DNA of 64,000 nt from an uncultured Microthrixaceae bacterium (GCA_963795165.1 CAWCGT010000002.1:94565-158564), one strand, 5' to 3'; positions 22,614 through 36,298 are shown, numbered from the stretch's first letter. Program-made: numbers and translations. Notes: generated from the letters alone by a model not told the origin.

Positions 22614-23799
22614 TCAGGAGAAGCGGCGCATGTGGACGTTGAGGACGAGGCCGATGGCGATGAAGGCGGTGAGGGTGCTGGAGCCGCCGTAGCTCATGAA
22701 GGGCAGGGGGATGCCGGTGATCGGCATGATGCCCATCGTCATCCCGACGTTCTCGAACACCTGGAACACGAACATCGACAGGACGCCGACGCAGATGAGG
22801 GTGCCGAGCGGGTCGCGGGCCAGCTGGGCGGTGCGCCAGATCCGCCAGGCGATGATCGACAGCAGGGCCAGCAGGGTGCCGGCCCCGACGAAGCCCAGCT
22901 CCTCCCCCACCGCGGTGAAGATGAAGTCGGTGTGCTGCTCGGGGACGATGTCGAGCCGGGTCTGGGTGCCCTCGAACAGGCCGGTGCCGAGCAGGCCGCC
23001 CGGAGCCGATGGCGGTCTTGGCCTGCTCGAGGTTGTAGGCGGCGCCCCGCTCGGTCGCACTCCTGGTCCTGAGTCTCGAGGAACGACGTGAGCCGGCACT
23101 GCTGGAACTTCTCCAGCATCCCGGAGTTGAGGACCATGCCGACGCCGACGATCCCGACGAGGGTGAGCGCGAGCGATGTGGCGGACCTGGGCGCCGCCGA
23201 TCAGCAGCATCCCCATGCCGACGGCCACGAACACCAGCGTGGTGCCGAGGTCGGGCTGGAGCATGATCAGCGCCATCGGCACGCCGGCCACCGCCAGCAC
23301 GACGACGAGTCGGCGGGCGTCGAGCTCGCTGTTGAAGTGGGCGATCACCGACGCCAGCGTGACGATCACGACGATCTTGGCCAGCTCGGAGGGCTGGAGC
23401 TGGAACGGGCCGAGCTGGAACCAGGCCTGGCTGCCCTTGCGCTCGCTGCCGAGCCCCGTCACCACCATGACCAGCGCGAGCAGGATGCCGCCGTAGGCGA
23501 TCGGCGCCATCTCGCGGTAGCGGCGGTAGTCGATGAGGGCCACCAGCAGCATGACCGCCGGCGCCGATGCCGACGAAGAGCGAGCTGCTTGAGCGAGGAA
23601 GCTGGTGTCGAAGTCCGACGGGTCGCGGCCCCGGGTGGCGCTGAAGATCATGAGGCAGCCCAGGGCCGCCACCGCCGACCACGCTGCCGACCAGCACGAG
23701 GTCGATGTGGCGCCAGGGGGCAGCCGGGTTGCGGGACAGCCGCCCGAGCGCGCCCGGGGCCACCCGGTTGCGGCCGGAGAAGGTGGTGGCGGTGGTCAT
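22614..23799 (-). CDS. rodA: Rod shape-determining protein RodA (SEDS) (frameshifted)
   Basis: QLQPSELAK, LQPDLGT, PEQHTDFIF, GIMPITGIPLPFMSYGGSS. Confidence 0.95.
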
Positions 23800-25807
23800 C
23801 AGTCGCGCACCTCCGGCGTGATGCGGGGCCAGGCTGCCGAGCATCTCGAACTTGCCGCCGTCGGGCGCGGGCGGCAGCGGCGCCGGGTCGGCCAGCACGT
23901 CGAAGAGCCGACGGGCGACCGGTGCGGCCACCGACCCGCCGTAGCCGGACTCCTCGAGCAGCACGGAGATGGCGTACTGCGGGGTCGGTGGCCGGGCCGA
24001 ACGCCCCGAACACGGCGGTGGGCGCCTTGCCGCTCACCTGGGCCGTGCCGGTCTTGGCCGCGATCGGGTAGGTGTCGTTGGGGAAGCCGCTGAAGGCGCC
24101 GACCGCGGTGCCGCCCGCTGGGTGGTGACGCCCACCAGCCCGTCGACGCACGGCCGCGCCACTCAGGGAGCATCTCCACCTTGTTGAGGCCACCGGGCTC
24201 GATGGTGCGCGTGACCTCCTTGGTGACGCCGTCGCGCACCTCCTTCACCACGTGCGGCTCCCAGACGGTGCCCCCGTTGCCGATGGTGGCGTAGCCGGAG
24301 GCCAGCTGGAGCGGGGTGAGCAGCACGTCGCCCTGGCCGATCGACATGTTGACGTTGTTGCCCGTGCGCCACGTGCCGTCCACGCACTCGATCTGCGTCG
24401 CAGAAGGAGCTGGAGCCACGCCGGCGACGGGATGCGCCCCGACTGCTCGCTGGAGAGGTCGATCCCGGTGTCTTCGTCGAAGCCCCACTGCTTCAGCAGG
24501 TCGGCGTAGCGCTCCGGGCCGCCGAGGGCGTCCTGCTCGATCCAGAAGCGAGCGCCGAGGCCGTAGTAGTAGAAGTCGGACGACACCGTGAGGGAGCGAC
24601 GCAGGTCGACGACGCCGTACTGGCGCTTGCTGTCGTTGCGGAAGACGCACGACTCGCCGCTGCAGTCGGGCACCTCGTACTCGCCGTCGTCGAAGACGGT
24701 CGACTGCCGGAGTGATCAGCCCGGCTTGGAGGGCAGAGATGGCGCTGAAGGGCTTGAAGGTGGAGCCGGGGGCGTACTGGCCCTGGATGGCCCAGTTGTT
24801 GAGCGGGGCGTTGCTGCTCTCGTCGGTGAGGTACTTCCACTCAGCGTCGCTGATGCCGTCGACGAACTCCGCCGGGTTGAACGTGGGGTACGACGCCATG
24901 GCGATCACGCCGCCCGCTGCGCGGATCGAGGACGACCGTGGATCCGACCGCTCCCTTGGCAGGCGGCGGTGCAGCCGGTGCACGGCCGGCCCTTGGCGAT
25001 GGTCAGTCCCGATTGGAGGGCCTGCTCGGCCTGGGCCTGCACGTCGATGTCGAGGTTCAGCACCACGTCGTCGCCGGCGATCGGACGGGTCTCCTCCACC
25101 ACCCGGATGGGGTTGTTCTCGGCGTCGACCTCGATGTGACCGCGCGCCGGGCGTGCCGCGCAGATCGTCCTCGTAGATCTTCTCCACGCCCGTACTTCCC
25201 GATCTCGTCGTTCAGGGTGTACGGCTTCGTCGACTCGGCCTTGGTCTCCGAACTCCTCGTCGATGATCTGGCCCGTGTACCCAATGACGTGCGCGGCCAG
25301 CTGCCCGTAGGGGTAGCGCCGCACGGCCACCCGCTCGGCCGACACGCCCGGCAGCTCGGCGCCGTGCTCGTCGATCCAGATCTTGAGCTCCTCGGGCACG
25401 TCGCCGGCCACCGGGACGGGCACGTACGGGCTGTAGCGCTGGTTGGCCAGGTCGGCCTCGAGCTGCTCGACCGTCTTCGGGGTTCCAGATCTCGCCAACC
25501 CCTCGGCCACCTTGGTGAGGACCGAGGTCCGCTCGTTCCCCTCGAGCTCATCGATGATCGTGCGGTCGATGGTGATCTGGACCGAGATGCGGTTGTCGAC
25601 CAGCACCGTGCCGTTGCGGTCCAAGATTCGGCCTCGCGGGGCCTCGACGGGGACCACCCGGATGCGGTTGGCCTGGGCCTGCCACCTGGTACTGGTCGGA
25701 GGCCATGACCTGGAGGTACCAGAGCCGGGCAGAAGAGGGCGGCGAAGAGGGCGAAGACCACGATGCCCAGGACCGACATGCGCACGCCGCGGGCTCTCGG
25801 CGTTCAT
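23799..25807 (-). CDS. mrdA: Penicillin-binding protein 2 (frameshifted)
   Basis: APRGRILDRNG, RRYPYG, YAPGSTFKP (SxxK), SSDFYYY, IGQGDVLLTPLQLA, AKTGTAQ. Confidence 0.93.
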
Positions 25808-26337
25808 CGGAACACCGCCCGGGCACGGGCGCTGGGGGTCCCGCCGGTGGCCCAGCGCATGGCTCGGACCACGACCGGCGCAGCCAGGGTGTTGAGCACC
25901 GCCACCACCACGGCGATCCGCAGGAGGGAGAACCCGATGAGGTCCTCCCCCAGCACCGTGCCGAACACGCCGTACAGGATGACACCGAGGGCGCTCGCCG
26001 CGGTCGCGGTGGCCACGGGGATCCACCACGCCTGCCCGCAGGACGGAGTCCTGGCAGGCTGCCGACCAGGTAGGCGACGATGGCGTAGGTGAGGGCCGAG
26101 AGCCCGAAGGGCGTCTGCAGCATCAGGTCGTAGGCGATGCCCGGCGGCGAAGCCGAGGGCGGCGCCCCGGTCAGGGCCGGCGGCCACGCCCGCACGCGAT
26201 GGCCACCAGGAGCAGCAGGTCCCCCTGCACCCCGAACACGCCGAGGCTGGGCGCGATCGCCGAGCTGCAGGGTGAGGGCGACGACCAGGATCAGCGAGGT
26301 CCGCACCGCCACCGATGAGCGGACTGGGCGGGATCAC
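25804..26337 (-). CDS. mreD: Rod shape-determining protein MreD (frameshifted)
   Basis: Hydrophobic; GPDRGAALGF, DLMLQTPFGLSAL; lies between mreC and mrdA. Confidence 0.85.
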   Translation of the reverse strand: MIPPSPLIGGGADLADPGRRPHPAARRSRPASACSGCRGTCCSWWPSRAGVAAGPDRGAALGFAAGHRLRPDAADALRALGPHLRHRRLPGRQPARTPSCGQAWWIPVATATAASALGVILYGVFGTVLGEDLIGFSLLRIAVVVAVLNTLAAPVVVRAMRWATGGTPSARARAVFR

Positions 26338-27184
26338 TCCGGGCGCTCGCCAGAGCAGCACGGTGACGAAGGCCAGCTTCTCGGTGTCGGCCATCGGTCG
26401 CACGAGGAGGTTCGAGGGTGAGCCCGCCGCCGGCCTCCCGCACCTCGCGCACCTTGCCGACCGGGATGGACGCGGGGAAGGCGCTGCTGTCGACGCCGCT
26501 CGTGGTGAGCGACGGTCCCCGGCTTGGGCACGTCCTCGCTCGCCGCCAGCCTCCAGGTCGGTGTCGACGACGAGGTCCTCGCCCCGCCCCTGGCCGCGTG
26601 CGGTCCCGGTGACGCCGCTCGGGAGGAGGCGCACGCCCACCGCGAAGTCGGGGTCGGTGATCAGCTGGACGGTGGACCGGTCGCTGGTGACCAGCACGAC
26701 CTTGCCGACCAGGCCGGCACCGTTGACGACCGGCATGCCCACCTTGATGCCGTCGTCGCTGCCCTTGCTGATGTCGAGGGAGTGGGAGAAGTTCGACGGG
26801 TTCCCGGAGACCACCCGCCCGGCGGTGGTGGGGATGGCCCCCACCCACTCGAGGTCCTGCTGCTCGAGCAGCTCGGCCAGCTGCTGGGCGGCGTCCTCTT
26901 GGAGGACCGCTTCGCCCTCGAGCTCCTCGATCTGCTTCCGGAGCTCGTCGTTGTGGTCCTTCAGGTCGCCGTAGCCGGTGACCCCGTGCCAGGCGTTCGT
27001 GAACGGCTCGCTGACCGTCTCGGCCGCCCCGCTGCAGCGGCGACAGCACCGTGCCGGCAGCCCGACGGACGCTCTGCACGACGGCGGCGTCGCGGAAGTC
27101 GAGCGTCAGCAGGGCCAGCGACGTCAGGACGAGCAGCGCGATGGTCAGCCGGGAGCGGCCACCAGTGCGGCGGGAGAGGGCCAC
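26334..27184 (-). CDS. mreC: Rod shape-determining protein MreC (frameshifted)
   Basis: KGSDDGIKVGMPVVNGAGLVGKV, TTSG...FPASIPVGKV. Confidence 0.92.
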
Positions 27185-27197
27185 GAACGAGGTGCGG

Positions 27198-28329
<1,132 letters not shown>

Positions 28330-28443
28330 TCAGCCTCCTGTGGAGGGTGAGCCTAGAGCCTGTAACCCAACCGCAACAATCGGAGGGGAGGCTGCGAAGC
28401 CGCCAGGCCGGAGCAGCACCAGCGAGGTCACCCAGATCCGCGA

Positions 28444-28505
28444 AGCGGGCGGCCCCGAAGAGGGGCCGCAATGTGACAGCGGGCGGCCCCGAAGAGGGGC
28501 CGCAA
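28444..28505. repeat. Tandem 28-bp direct repeat, each copy a hairpin
   Basis: AGCGGGCGGCCCCGAAGAGGGGCCGCAA at 28444-28471 and 28478-28505. Confidence 0.8.
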
Positions 28506-28519
28506 CGTCGAAGAAGCCG

Positions 28520-28930
28520 CTATTTCACAGGGAACCAGAGGGCGATCTCGCGGGCGGCGCTGTCGTGGCCGTCGGACGCGTGAACCAGGTTCTCGGTGGT
28601 GATGGTGGCGAGGTCGCCGCGGATGGTGCCGGGCTCGGCATCGTCGACCTTGGTGGCCCCCACCAGCTTGCGGACGAGGGAGAAGGTGTTGTCGGCCGGT
28701 CCCTCGACCACCATGGCGAACACCGGGGAGCGGGTGAGGAAGGTCACCAGCTCGCCGTAGAACGGCTTGTCGGCGTGCTCGGCGTAGTGCTCCTCGGCGA
28801 TGGCCTTGTCGACCGAGCGCAGCTCGGCTGCGACCAGGGTGAGGCCCTTCCGCTCGAGGCGGGAGACGATCTCCCCCACCAGGCCCCGCTCGACCGCGTC
28901 GGGCTTGCACATCACGAAGGTCTGGTTCAT
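28520..28930 (-). CDS. ndk: Nucleoside diphosphate kinase
   Basis: [33 protein letters not shown]. Confidence 0.97.
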   Translation of the reverse strand: MNQTFVMCKPDAVERGLVGEIVSRLERKGLTLVAAELRSVDKAIAEEHYAEHADKPFYGELVTFLTRSPVFAMVVEGPADNTFSLVRKLVGATKVDDAEPGTIRGDLATITTENLVHASDGHDSAAREIALWFPVK

Positions 28931-28950
28931 GACGCGGACCCTAGGAGGGG

Positions 28951-30265
28951 TCAGCGGTCGGCCACCAACCCGAGTCGGCGGCACTCGGCTCGGGCCGCTC
29001 CCACCGTGTAGAGGGAGCCGGTGACGATCACGGCGTCGATGGCCGTGGCGCCGTCGAGGGCGTGGCGGAGGGCCTCTCCCACGTCGGGCACGACCGCAGC
29101 CGTGCCCCCGAGGCTCGTGACCATCGAAGCCAGGTCGGCGGCGGGGACGGCGCGGGGCGAGGCAGGGGTGCAGCACACCACCAGGGAGGCATCTCGCACC
29201 CCGAACGCCTCGAGCAGCGGTTCGGGGTCGCGCCCGGCCAGCGTGCCGAGGACCAGGCGCGTCTCGCCCGGGACGGCGAAGCCCTCCAGCAGGGCTTCGC
29301 TGGCGGCGTCGGCGCCGTCGGGGTTGTGGGCGCCATCGAGGATCAGCAGCGGATCGCGCGCCACCACCTCGAAGCGGCCGGGGTTCCGGACCATCGAGAA
29401 GGCCTCGGCCACCAGCCCGGCGTCGAGGGGGCGGCCGAGGAAGGCCTCGGCGGCCGCTAGGGCGATCGCCGCGTTCTCGCCTTGATGGGGGCCGTGGAGG
29501 GCAAGGAACACGTCGTCGTAGTGACCCCCAGGGGTGCGGAGGTCGAGCACCCGCCCCCCCACGGCCAAGCGGTTGGCGGTGCAGGCCGAACTCGACGTCG
29601 CGGCGCCACATCTCGGCGGCGGGAGTGGATCCGAAGACGTCGGCGAGGGAGGGGTCCGTCTCGCCGAGGACGAAGGTGGCGCCCTGCTTTGACGATGCCC
29701 GCCTTCTCCTCGGCGATCCGACGCCGCCAGTCGCCCAGGCCGTCGGTGTGGTCGTGTCCGACGTTGGTCAGCACGGCCACGACACCGTCGACGACGTTGG
29801 TGGCATCCCAACGGCCCAGCAGGCCCACCTCCACCACCGCGGCTGCCACGGCCTCCGACGAGAACCATCGGTAGGCGGCGGCCGTCAGCAGCTCGAAGTA
29901 GGACGGCGTGTGCTCCACGAGCGACTCGATGGACGCCAGGTCGGTGAGCACCTCGGCCAAGGCGGCGTCCGGAATCGGCTCGCCGTTGCGCGAGATCCGC
30001 TCGGTGATCCGCTCCAGGTGGGGACTGGTGTAGGTGCCTACCGAGAGGTCGTGGACCCCGAGGAGGGCCGTGACCATTCGTGCCACCGAGCCCTTGCCGT
30101 TGGTGCCGGTGATGTGGACGGTGGGCTGGTCGTCCTGCGGGTCGCCGAGCACGCGGCAGAGCTCCCGCATGTCGTCGAGCTTGAGCCCCTCGACTCGACC
30201 GGCGACAGCGGTGGAGGTCTCGAGGTTGATGTGCTGGTCGAGCCAGACCAGCGACTCGGCGAGGT

Positions 30266-30269
<4 letters not shown>
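28951..30269 (-). CDS. folC: Folylpolyglutamate synthase/dihydrofolate synthase (frameshifted)
   Basis: [47 protein letters not shown]. Confidence 0.95.
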
Positions 30270-31540
<1,271 letters not shown>

Positions 31541-31577
31541 GTCGTCGAACCCCCGTTGCCTCTCGTCGTGCCGTTTC

Positions 31578-32237
31578 TCAGCTGGCCCGGGTGATCGGAC
31601 CGGTGGTGTCGGCCAGCGAGCGGGCCGTGATGACCTCGTCGATGATGCCGTACTCGCGGGCCTCTTCCGCGGACAGCACGAAATCGCGCTCGGTGTCCGA
31701 GTGGATCTTCTCGCTCGGCTGGCCCGTGTGGTGGGACAGCAGCTCGTCGAGCTGGATCCGCATCCGCAGGATCTCCTTGGCCGCCAGCTCCACGTCGGTG
31801 GCTTGCCCACCGGCCTGGCCCCACGGCTGGTGGAGCAGCACCCGGGCGTGCGGGAGGGCCAGTCGCTTGCCCTTGGTGCCGGCCGCCAGCAGCACCGCGG
31901 CCGCCGACGCGGCCTGCCCGAAGCAGATGGTGGAGATGTCGGGCTTCACGAAGCTCATCGTGTCGTAGATGGCGAAGAGTGCCGTGATGTCGCCGCCGGG
32001 GCTGTTGATGTACATGTTGATGTCGCGGTCGGCGTTCTCCGACTCGAGGTGGAGCAGCTGGGCGCAGATCAGGTTGGCGATCGTGTCGTCGATCGGCGTG
32101 CCCAGGAAGATGATGTGCTCCTTGAGGAGCCGGCTGTAGAGGTCGTACGCCCGCTCGCCGCGGTTCGTCGACTCGACGACGGTGGGCACCAGGTAGTTCC
32201 TGATCACCGTCTCGTGCTGGCCGATGAGGTCGCTCAC
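31578..32237 (-). CDS. clpP: Clp protease proteolytic subunit (ClpP2-like)
   Basis: [36 protein letters not shown]. Confidence 0.96.
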   Translation of the reverse strand: MSDLIGQHETVIRNYLVPTVVESTNRGERAYDLYSRLLKEHIIFLGTPIDDTIANLICAQLLHLESENADRDINMYINSPGGDITALFAIYDTMSFVKPDISTICFGQAASAAAVLLAAGTKGKRLALPHARVLLHQPWGQAGGQATDVELAAKEILRMRIQLDELLSHHTGQPSEKIHSDTERDFVLSAEEAREYGIIDEVITARSLADTTGPITRAS

Positions 32238-33593
32238 TCGTCGCCTTCCTGGTCGGGTCGCGCCTCGTCGCTGGGGAGCTCGAGCTCACTGCGATCGATC
32301 GTCGCACCCGTCGGGATCGAGCACCTCGACCCGCTCGAGCAACCACTCGAGCGCTTTGCGCTTCCTGATGTCGGAGCGTACCGCCGAGAGGCGGCCGTCG
32401 CTCTCGAAGGTCTGCCGCACCACCTCGACGTCGCGCTCGACCCGCTCGGCCACGGCCTCGAGGTCGCTCTGGAGGTCGTCGTCGGTGCACTCGATGCCCT
32501 CGGCGTCGGCCACCGCCCGCAGGGCGAGGTCGACCTTGACGGCAGCCGTGGCGGTCTCCCGCAGCTCCTGGCTGAAGGACTCGGGGTCGGCGCCGCTCAT
32601 GGCGAGGTACTGCTCGAGCTGCATCCCCTGGGCCTGCAGGCGCATGGCCAGGTCCTGCAGCCGCTCCTGCATCTCGTGGCGAGATCGAGGGCGTCGGGCA
32701 GCTCGTCGGTGACCAGCGCGGCCAGCGCCTCGCCGACCTTCTCCCGCAGGGCCATCTGGGCCTGGGCCGTGCGGACCTTCAGCATGCGGTCGGCCAGGCT
32801 GGCCCGCAGCTCGCCGACGGTCTCGAACTCCGACGCCTCGGCCGCCCACTCGTCGGTGGCCTCGGGCAGCACCTTCTCCTTGACCTCCTTGAGGGCGAGC
32901 TCGAACTGCAGCTCGCGCTCCTCGTCGGGGTCGGGGTGGGTGGCGGCGAAGGTGAGCACGGCGCCCGCCTCGAGGCGCCTATGGAGGTGCTCGTCGACCT
33001 CCGGGGTGATGGCGCCGGAGCCGACGGTGTAGCTGTAGTCGTCGGCGGTGAGGCCGGGCTGCGGATCGCCGTCGAGGGTGCCGGCGATGTCGATGGTGAC
33101 CGTGTCGCCCTCCTGCGCGGGGCGGTCGACCACCTCGAGGGTGCCGTCGAGATCGCGCATGCGGTCGATCTGGGCGTCGAGCGCGTCCTCGTCGACAGCC
33201 GGGACGGTCGAGGGTGACCGACAGGCCGCCGTAGCCGGGCACCTCCACGGTGGGCCGCACCTCCACCACGGCGTCGAAGGCGACGTCGCCCGACTCCTGG
33301 CCGCCGGTGATGTCGATCTCCGGCGGGGCGATGACGTCGACGTCGTGCTCGATGACCGCCGCCGAGTAGTACTCGGGGAGGGAGTCGTGGAGCGCCTGCT
33401 CGCGGCCCGCCAACGGGCCGAGGCGGGCCTCGAGCACCTTCCGAGGGGCTTTGCCGGGCCGGAACCCGGGCAGGCGCACCTCCTGGGCGATCTTGCGGAA
33501 CGCCGCGTCGACGGCGCTCTCGAACTCGCCGGCGTCGACCTCGACGGACAGCTTGACCTTGTTCCCCTCGAGGGGTTCGACGGTGCTCTTCAT
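32234..33593 (-). CDS. tig: Trigger factor (frameshifted)
   Basis: [28 protein letters not shown]. Confidence 0.95.
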
Positions 33594-33675
33594 GCGGAGG
33601 GCGAGTGTATCGGCGGGGCTGTGACGCCCGGACATGCGGTTGGCGTCGGGGTCGCGTACCCTGCTCGACCGTCGA

Positions 33676-33750
33676 CGGGGAGTGGCGCAGTGGTAGCGCA
33701 CCTGCTTTGGGAGCAGGAGGTCGGGGGTTCAAATCCCCCCTCCCCGACCA
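33676..33750 (+). tRNA. tRNA-Pro(TGG)
   Basis: Cloverleaf CGGGGAG...CTCCCCG A CCA; anticodon arm CCTGC TT TGG GA GCAGG. Confidence 0.95.
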
Positions 33751-33824
33751 GTGGTTCCCGGGTCAGGGCGTTGATCGAGCAGCCGGGTGGCGCGATCGTT
33801 GCGCTGCTGGGGGGTGACTCGCTG

Positions 33825-34619
33825 ATGGGGACCGTCGGTGTTGACGGGTTGCGGCTGGCGTACGAGCAGGCGGGGGCCGGTCCGCCGTTGGTGCTCCTGC
33901 ACGGCTATGTCGGTGATGGTCTGACCACCTGGCGGCATCAGATCGAGGCGCTGTCGAGCGAGTTCACCGTGGTCGTGTGGGACGCGCCGGGGATGGGGGG
34001 GTCGGATGACCCGCCCGAAACCTTCGGGATGGCCGGGTACGCGGACTGTCTGGCCGGGTTTCTCGGCGCGATCGGGATCGAGCAGGCGCACGTGGCGGGA
34101 CAGTCCTTCGGCGGTGCGCTGGCCATCGAGCTGTGTCGTCGTCACCCGGGCGTTGCCAGGACGCTGACCTTGGTGTCCGCGTACGCAGGCTGGGCCGGGT
34201 CGCTCGCTCCGGAGGTCGCCGAGCAGCGGTTGCAGCAGGCGCACCGCCTTGCGAGCCTGCCTGCATCGGCGTTCGTCGACACGCTGCTGCCCACCATGTT
34301 CTCCGAGGGCACCCCCCAAGAGTCCATCGAAGGGTTCGGCGCCAGCCTCGCCGCCTTCCACCCGGCCGGGTTCCGGGCCATGGCGAACGCTTCGGCGGAG
34401 GATCTGCGGGAGGCACTGCCGCACATCCGTGTCCCGACGTTGCTGATCTATGGCGACGACGACGTGCGCGCTCCGCTCACGGTCGCCGAGGCCCTCCACC
34501 AGGCGATCCCGGGGTCGGTCCTGACAGTCCTCCCCGGCACGGGCCACGTCTGCACCATCGAAGCACCCGACGACGTCAACCGGGCGCTGCGCGCCTTCCT
34601 GCGACGGGCCGGCGCCTAG
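33825..34619 (+). CDS. Alpha/beta fold hydrolase
   Basis: LVLLHG, WDAPGMGGS, GQSFGG nucleophile elbow, GDDD, GTGH. Confidence 0.92.
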   Translation: MGTVGVDGLRLAYEQAGAGPPLVLLHGYVGDGLTTWRHQIEALSSEFTVVVWDAPGMGGSDDPPETFGMAGYADCLAGFLGAIGIEQAHVAGQSFGGALAIELCRRHPGVARTLTLVSAYAGWAGSLAPEVAEQRLQQAHRLASLPASAFVDTLLPTMFSEGTPQESIEGFGASLAAFHPAGFRAMANASAEDLREALPHIRVPTLLIYGDDDVRAPLTVAEALHQAIPGSVLTVLPGTGHVCTIEAPDDVNRALRAFLRRAGA

Positions 34620-34631
34620 CCGCTGGCCAAA

Positions 34632-34656
34632 GGTTCGAATCCCCCCTCCCCGACCA
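34632..34656 (+). repeat. Duplicate of tRNA-Pro 3' end (att-like direct repeat)
   Basis: GGTTCGAATCCCCCCTCCCCGACCA vs 33726-33750 GGTTCAAATCCCCCCTCCCCGACCA, 24/25 identical. Confidence 0.9.
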
Positions 34657-34734
34657 CCGATGCGGCACACTTGTCCGATGCCTGCTGGTCGTTGGAGCCA
34701 GCCGCCTCCTGGCGGCTACCGTCACCTGCGCCCT

Positions 34735-34809
34735 GCGGGTGTAGCTCAACGGCTAGAGCCCCAGCCTTCCAAGCTGGTGGTGCGGGTTCGATTCCCGTCA
34801 CCCGCTCCA
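34735..34809 (+). tRNA. tRNA-Gly(TCC)
   Basis: GCGGGTG...CACCCGC T CCA; CCAGC CT TCC AA GCTGG. Confidence 0.95.
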
Positions 34810-34832
34810 CCCCCCCACCGAGGACACCTCCC

Positions 34833-35261
34833 CTGAAGACCCCCGAAAAGCTCATCCTGGGAGCCGCGGCGATCCTCTTCGCCACCGGCGCCGTGCTCGC
34901 CGTGGCCCAGCCGGGCGATCTGGGCGACGACGACGACTCCGCCGCGCCTGAGGAGACCACCAGCACGACGGCGGCCCCGACCACCACCCTGGCCCCCAGC
35001 ACCACGCTGGGCGGGGCGAGCACCGACGGCGCCACCGACGCAGCGACGGACGGGACCACAGGATCGTCCACCGACGGCACCACGGGCGCGAGCACCGACG
35101 GCACCACCCCCACCACCGTGGGATCGGGGATCGGGAACCCCGGCCCGGGCACCTCTGGCACGGGGGACGGCATCGCCGACACCGGCGGCGAGTCGATGAT
35201 CGGGGCCGGAATGGGCCTAGCCGCCCTGGCGCTGGTGCTCCGCCGCCTCCGCGGCGCCTGA
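34833..35261 (+). CDS. Secreted Thr-rich protein with LPXTG-like sorting signal
   Basis: Signal peptide, STDG(A/T)T repeats, IADTG + hydrophobic helix + RRLRGA tail; start (CTG) uncertain. Confidence 0.65.
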   Translation: MKTPEKLILGAAAILFATGAVLAVAQPGDLGDDDDSAAPEETTSTTAAPTTTLAPSTTLGGASTDGATDAATDGTTGSSTDGTTGASTDGTTPTTVGSGIGNPGPGTSGTGDGIADTGGESMIGAGMGLAALALVLRRLRGA

Positions 35262-35263
35262 GC

Positions 35264-36136
35264 TCAGCCCCTGCCCTGCGCAGGGTCAGGCAGCCCCATG
35301 GGGTTCGGGAACCGAAGCTCCCCCGCCGCTGCCACCTCGAGAGCGGCAGGCCCCAGCCGATCGATGAGCCGGACGAGATCCGGGTGGCCGAGGGCGCGGT
35401 AGGTCGTCGCCGCCAGCGCGTCGGTGGCAGCCTCCAGCTCGCCGCGCAGGCGACGGCCGGCAGCGGACGCGGTGCCGTCGCCCACCACCAGGCCCCGGGA
35501 CGCGAGGCGCTCGGTGGCGGCCGTCCAGTCGCCCCCTGACCACCCCCGGCTCTGCTGATAGAGCTCGGCCGGGGTGCCGTCCACCGAGGCGGCCAGGACG
35601 TGGACCTCGCAACCATCGAGCCCAGCCCCCGCCAGCAGGGCGACGTGAGCGTCGCCTCGATGCTCCCGCAGGGTGGTGACCGCCTGCCACAGCGCCACCA
35701 CCGGGTCGGCTGGGGGTGGCACGTCGCGGTTGGCCGCGAAGAGAGGCCGGCCGAGCGGGTCGCCGCCGTCGATGGCCCGGCGCAGGAGCGGCAGGACGTC
35801 CTCGGCGACCTCTTCGGCCTCGCCGCTCGGGAGGCATCGCCGCAGGGCCGCCGCCGCGCTGGCGCCCCGCGCCTCCAGCACCTCGATGGGGGTGGCGATG
35901 GCCCAGGCGTCGGGGATGGCCCGCCGGACCCGATCGGGGTGGAAGTTGGCGAAGGTGGCTTCCACCACCCCCGGCCCCACCGCACCCAGGGGAGCAGCCC
36001 GGCAGGCGAAGTACCCCATCCAGAACCCGCGGAGCCCGAGGGCAGCCGGCGCCTCCCGGCACTCGGGCGCGAAGTAGGCCACGGCGTTCAGGGCCTCCAA
36101 CCGGTGCCAGAGCGTTCGGGCCTGAGACGGCTCCAT
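35264..36136 (-). CDS. SCO6745-family protein
   Basis: LEALNAVAYFAPE, GYFACRAAPLG, LREHRGDAH, SRGWS. Confidence 0.85.
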   Translation of the reverse strand: MEPSQARTLWHRLEALNAVAYFAPECREAPAALGLRGFWMGYFACRAAPLGAVGPGVVEATFANFHPDRVRRAIPDAWAIATPIEVLEARGASAAAALRRCLPSGEAEEVAEDVLPLLRRAIDGGDPLGRPLFAANRDVPPPADPVVALWQAVTTLREHRGDAHVALLAGAGLDGCEVHVLAASVDGTPAELYQQSRGWSGGDWTAATERLASRGLVVGDGTASAAGRRLRGELEAATDALAATTYRALGHPDLVRLIDRLGPAALEVAAAGELRFPNPMGLPDPAQGRG

Positions 36137-36211
36137 GGCGCCTCCGGCACGATTCGAACGTGCGACCGTCGGATTAGAAGTCCGCTGCTCTGTCCCCTGA
36201 GCTACGGAGGC
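36136..36211 (-). tRNA. tRNA-Arg(TCT)
   Basis: GCCTCCG...CGGAGGC G CCA on minus strand; loop CT TCT AA. Confidence 0.93.
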
Positions 36212-36298
36212 CGCACGCAGAGCGTACGTCCGCGCCCTCCATCGGCCGATCACGGTTGAGGGGGCCTCGCCGGGCTGGCCTATGCTGACCGCTCCCGT

